Shown: one piece after another, positions 58,730-64,000 of the stretch
Layout of the letters: every line of letters starts with the position of its first letter
Position numbering within the stretch: the stretch's first letter is position 1
Origin: Betaproteobacteria bacterium
Lineage (GTDB): Bacteria > Pseudomonadota > Gammaproteobacteria > Burkholderiales > SHXO01
Length of the DNA stretch: 64,000 bases
Assembly (NCBI GenBank): GCA_009693245.1
Contig: SHXO01000003.1
Coordinates: 4,207 to 68,206 of the forward strand
Direction of reading: 5' to 3'
Notes under the pieces: generated by a model
What the model was told of the DNA's origin: nothing
Seen by the model: the letters and a program-made list of their open reading frames with translations, nothing else
Databases searched by the model: none
Made by a program: the position numbers and the translations under genes

Positions 58730-59284
58730 TCAAGCTTTGGCCTTGGACACCGTGACCAGCGCCGGACGAAGGATACGATCGTTGAGCATGTAGCCCTTCT
58801 GGAATACGTGTAACACCGTGTTGGGGGTTTGGTCGGATTCCACCGCGGTCATGGCCTGGTGGCGGTGGGGATCGAACTTCTCCCCGGCGGGGTTGATCTC
58901 CTTGATCCCGGATTTCTCGAAGCAGGCGTTTAGCTGCTTGAGGGTGAGTTCCACGCCTTCGAGCAGGGATTCGATGGTGATGTTCTCGGTATTGAGGGCA
59001 GCCTCCAGGCTGTCCTTGACTGGAACCAGCGCCGAGGAAAAGCCCTCCAGCGCGTACTTGTGGGCGTTGGCGATGTCGGCTTGCGCGCGTTTGCGGACAT
59101 TGTCGGCCTCGGCCTTGGCTCGCAGCCAAGCGTCATGATGCTCTTGCGCCAGAAGCTCCGCCTGTTTCAGCACCTCCTCGGCACTTGGAATGATTACGGG
59201 GGTGTCCGCCGCTTCGGCCCCTTCGGGCTGCGACGCGGGCGTTTCGCCGCTAGGCGGTGCCACCGCCGGTTCTTGATGTTGCAT
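58730..59284 (-). CDS. grpE: nucleotide exchange factor GrpE
   Basis: 184 aa. The C-terminal ...VLHVFQKGYMLNDRILRPALVTV is typical of GrpE. Confidence 0.95.
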   Translation of the reverse strand: MQHQEPAVAPPSGETPASQPEGAEAADTPVIIPSAEEVLKQAELLAQEHHDAWLRAKAEADNVRKRAQADIANAHKYALEGFSSALVPVKDSLEAALNTENITIESLLEGVELTLKQLNACFEKSGIKEINPAGEKFDPHRHQAMTAVESDQTPNTVLHVFQKGYMLNDRILRPALVTVSKAKA

Positions 59285-59313
59285 TCAATGGTTCTCCCGT
59301 TCGACCCTGCGGC

Positions 59314-59341
59314 AATTGGGGGCAGGTAAAAGGGTTTCAAG
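59314..59341 (-). promoter_or_regulatory. sigma-32 (RpoH) heat-shock promoter candidate for grpE-dnaK-dnaJ
   Basis: The minus strand reads CTTGAAA, a 13-nt spacer, then CCCCAATT, against the consensus CTTGAAA-N13-14-CCCCATNT. It lies about 30 nt upstream of the grpE ATG. Confidence 0.65.
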
Positions 59342-59433
59342 GGGCACGGGCGCAATTTTTCCCCGCCTGAGAGTCTCCAGGGGACTCGCTCGGTTTGCGC
59401 GGATTCGGTCTGTGTGTGCTGGCGATGTACGTG

Positions 59434-59456
59434 AAAAAGGCGGCCTTGGGCCGCCT
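59434..59456 (-). terminator. rho-independent terminator (potentially bidirectional)
   Basis: aggcggcc-ttg-ggccgcct is flanked by aaaaa and ttt, 20 nt after the FAH-family gene stop. Confidence 0.8.
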
Positions 59457-59475
59457 TTCGCCAGATAAGAGCCGC

Positions 59476-60321
59476 TTACCTTGCCTCGACGGCTTGGCGC
59501 TGTTCCCCTAAGCCGTCAATGCCCACGCGCATCACGTCCCCGCCCTTCAAGAACACAGGGCTGGGCTTGATCCCCATACCCACGCCGGGGGGCGTACCCG
59601 TGATGACGACATCACCGGGCAATAGCGTCATGCAATAGGAAATGTAGGCGATGAGCTTTTTCACCGGGAAGATCATGGTGCCGGTGTTACCCGATTGCAT
59701 GCGCTTGCCGTTGACTTCCAGCCACATGGAGAGATTTTGCGGGTCGGCGATCTCGTCCTTGGTTACCAGCCAGGGTCCGAGCGGACAGAAAGTGTCGAAG
59801 CCCTTGCCTTTGTCCCAGGTGGGTCCGTGCTCGATTTGCCACTCGCGTTCGGAGACATCGTTGGCGATCATGTAACCCGCCACATAATCCAGCGCATCGG
59901 CCTCGGAGACGCTGCGCGCCGTCTTGCCGATGACGAAGGCCAACTCCACCTCCCAGTCACTCTTCTTCGATCCCTTCGGGAGCACGACGGTGTCGTTGGG
60001 ACCATTCACCGCGGTGGTGGCTTTCATGAAGATGATGGGTTCGGCGGGAATCGGTTGCCCTGCTTCCTTGGCATGATCGGAGTAGTTCAATCCGATGGCG
60101 ACCACTTTGCTGGGCACGGCCACGGGAGATCCCAGGCGCGGGCTGCCCCCAACCTTGGGCAGGCTGTTCACATCCAGGCCGCGAAGCTTGGCCAAGCCTT
60201 CTGGGGTGATGGTGGCACCGTCGATATCCTTGATGATGCTGGACAGGTCTCGAATCGCGCCAGTGGAGTCGAGAATGCCGGGTTTTTCCACTCCAGTTGC
60301 ACCATAACGAACGAGTTTCAT
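59476..60321 (-). CDS. fumarylacetoacetate hydrolase (FAH) family protein
   Basis: 281 aa with an FAH-fold C-terminal domain (...GTPPGVGMG...). Confidence 0.85.
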   Translation of the reverse strand: MKLVRYGATGVEKPGILDSTGAIRDLSSIIKDIDGATITPEGLAKLRGLDVNSLPKVGGSPRLGSPVAVPSKVVAIGLNYSDHAKEAGQPIPAEPIIFMKATTAVNGPNDTVVLPKGSKKSDWEVELAFVIGKTARSVSEADALDYVAGYMIANDVSEREWQIEHGPTWDKGKGFDTFCPLGPWLVTKDEIADPQNLSMWLEVNGKRMQSGNTGTMIFPVKKLIAYISYCMTLLPGDVVITGTPPGVGMGIKPSPVFLKGGDVMRVGIDGLGEQRQAVEAR

Positions 60322-60365
60322 AGGTTCTCCTAAAGGTTATTCGTTGAGGAAAGAACGGCGCGTGC

Positions 60366-62542
<2,177 letters not shown>

Positions 62543-62641
62543 GATCTTCTCCAACTTGATGGGCGGGGGTGGTTTCAAAAGCCGCGCTCCTCTAGAATGG
62601 CCGCATATTAGCCGCAAGCGCTACCTTCTCAAGGAGTTCTC

Positions 62642-64000
62642 ATGTTACAAGCCGCTGACTTGACCATTCGCCTCAATCCCGCCGACGACGTGGTGATCGC
62701 CCGGGTGGAGCTACCCGCAGGGACCGAGATACTCAAGGAGAGTATTCGCGCCAGCGTGAACGTGCCCGCGGGACATAAGATCGCGACCAAGGATCTCAAC
62801 GAAGGCGCGGCGGTGCGCCGCTACAACCAGATCATCGGGTTCACCACCCGGCCCATTCGCGCGGGCGAGCACGTACACGTGCACAACCTCGCCATGGGTA
62901 ACTTCGACCGGGATTACGCCTATTGCGTGGATTACAAGCCCACGCAATATGTCCCCGATCCCGCCGCCTTCCAGGGAATCGTGCGCACCGACGGGCGTGT
63001 TGCCACGCGCAATTACATCGGCGTCATCAGCAGCGTGAATTGCTCCGCTCACGTGTGCCGCCAGATCGCGGCGCAATTCACGCCCGAGATCATGGCGCAA
63101 TTTCCCAACGTGGATGGCATCGTGCCCATTCATCACAAGTCGGGTTGCGGCATGGCTTCCACGGGCGAGCCGGTGGATTTGCTGCGCCGTGTGCTGGCGG
63201 GCTATGCGACCCACCCTAATTTCCACTCCGTGCTGATGATCGGCCTGGGATGCGAGGCGAATCAGATCAACGATCTCATGTCCGCGCAAGGATTGAAGCG
63301 TTCGGACCAGATGCAAACCATGACCATCCAGGATACCGGAGGCACGCGCAAGACCATCGCCGAAGGTGTCGCGCGCGTGAAGGAGTTATTGCCTGCCGCC
63401 AACCGGGCTCGCCGGGAAGCCGTTTCGGCCAAGCATCTCACGCTGGGCTTGCAGTGCGGCGGGTCCGATGGGTATTCGGGCATCTCCGCCAATCCTGCCT
63501 TGGGTGCCGCGGTGGATCTGCTTGTCCAGCATGGGGGCTCCGCCATTCTTTCCGAGACGCCGGAGGTCTACGGCGCGGAACATTTGCTTACGCGCCGTGC
63601 CGTGAGCCGGGAAGTCGGCGAAAAGTTGGTTCGCCGCATCAAGTGGTGGGAGCAGTACACGGAGCGCCTCGGGGGCGAGATGAATAACAATCCTTCGCCT
63701 GGTAACAAGGCCGGCGGTTTGACCACGATTTTGGAGAAGTCCTTGGGCGCGGTAGCCAAGGGCGGCACCATGGGCATGATGGACGTGCTGGAGTATGCCG
63801 AGCCTATCAAGACACGCGGGTTCATGTTCATGGACACGCCGGGTTACGATCCTGTGTCCGCCACGGGCCAGGTGGCGGGCGGAGCCAACATGATTTGCTT
63901 TACCACTGGGCGTGGTTCGGCTTACGGCTGCAAGCCTTCACCTTCGCTGAAACTCGCTACCAACACGGCCATGTTTACCAAGCAGGAAGACGATATGGAC
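62642..64000 (+). CDS. UxaA-family (altronate/galactarate-type) sugar-acid dehydratase, 3' end outside window
   Basis: This ORF is absent from the supplied ORF track, presumably because no stop falls inside the window. I translated it by hand from ATG 62642, and the frame stays open to nt 64000. It has an SAF-like N-terminal domain (DDVVIARVELPAGTEI...AGHKIA) and a UxaA core (NCSAHVC...GLGCE...LQCGGSDGYSG). Confidence 0.85.
   Translation, partial: MLQAADLTIRLNPADDVVIARVELPAGTEILKESIRASVNVPAGHKIATKDLNEGAAVRRYNQIIGFTTRPIRAGEHVHVHNLAMGNFDRDYAYCVDYKPTQYVPDPAAFQGIVRTDGRVATRNYIGVISSVNCSAHVCRQIAAQFTPEIMAQFPNVDGIVPIHHKSGCGMASTGEPVDLLRRVLAGYATHPNFHSVLMIGLGCEANQINDLMSAQGLKRSDQMQTMTIQDTGGTRKTIAEGVARVKELLPAANRARREAVSAKHLTLGLQCGGSDGYSGISANPALGAAVDLLVQHGGSAILSETPEVYGAEHLLTRRAVSREVGEKLVRRIKWWEQYTERLGGEMNNNPSPGNKAGGLTTILEKSLGAVAKGGTMGMMDVLEYAEPIKTRGFMFMDTPGYDPVSATGQVAGGANMICFTTGRGSAYGCKPSPSLKLATNTAMFTKQEDDMD

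Overview
This is a GC-rich, tightly packed chromosomal core segment with about 60 protein genes on both strands. I ran no database search; all calls come from reading the sequence and ORF translations. The gene order looks betaproteobacterial (inference from memory): leuC-leuD-leuB-asd-fimV-truA-trpF-trpB-trpA-accD-folC-dedD-cvpA-purF, thyA-folA, grpE-dnaK-dnaJ, ppiA-like-ppiB-lpxH, and one Bug/TctC-type binding protein. I recognised no rRNA, tRNA, CRISPR array, transposase or integrase, and no convincing complete multi-gene novel system. Five things deserve a second look. (1) Short low-complexity modules built from 3-5 tandem 7-9 nt units recur. They often occur as purine-rich (AGG-containing) and pyrimidine-rich arms that can pair. 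They sit in intercistronic spacers directly upstream of start codons that lack a normal Shine-Dalgarno (leuB, trpA, lpxH, dnaJ, folA). Three copies place stop codons in all three frames at 7-nt spacing, and the trpB-trpA copy is a perfect G3N4 x4 quadruplex motif. (2) A decayed locus lies at 43.5-45.6 kb. A zinc-metalloprotease remnant lacks both ends and carries two in-frame TAG codons. It is fused at its 3' side to a 5'-truncated cNMP-binding patatin gene and abuts a vapBC module. (3) The metZ leader has a promoter, a SAM-II-like pseudoknot candidate and an intrinsic terminator. (4) Several genes look degenerate or atypical: a periplasmic cyclophilin missing its catalytic core, an L,D-transpeptidase with Arg at the expected catalytic Cys, and a folC with no canonical start codon. 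(5) A lower-GC 0.6-kb gap before dnaJ holds a two-helix membrane ORF interrupted by TAG. Start codons are inferred and may be off in places.
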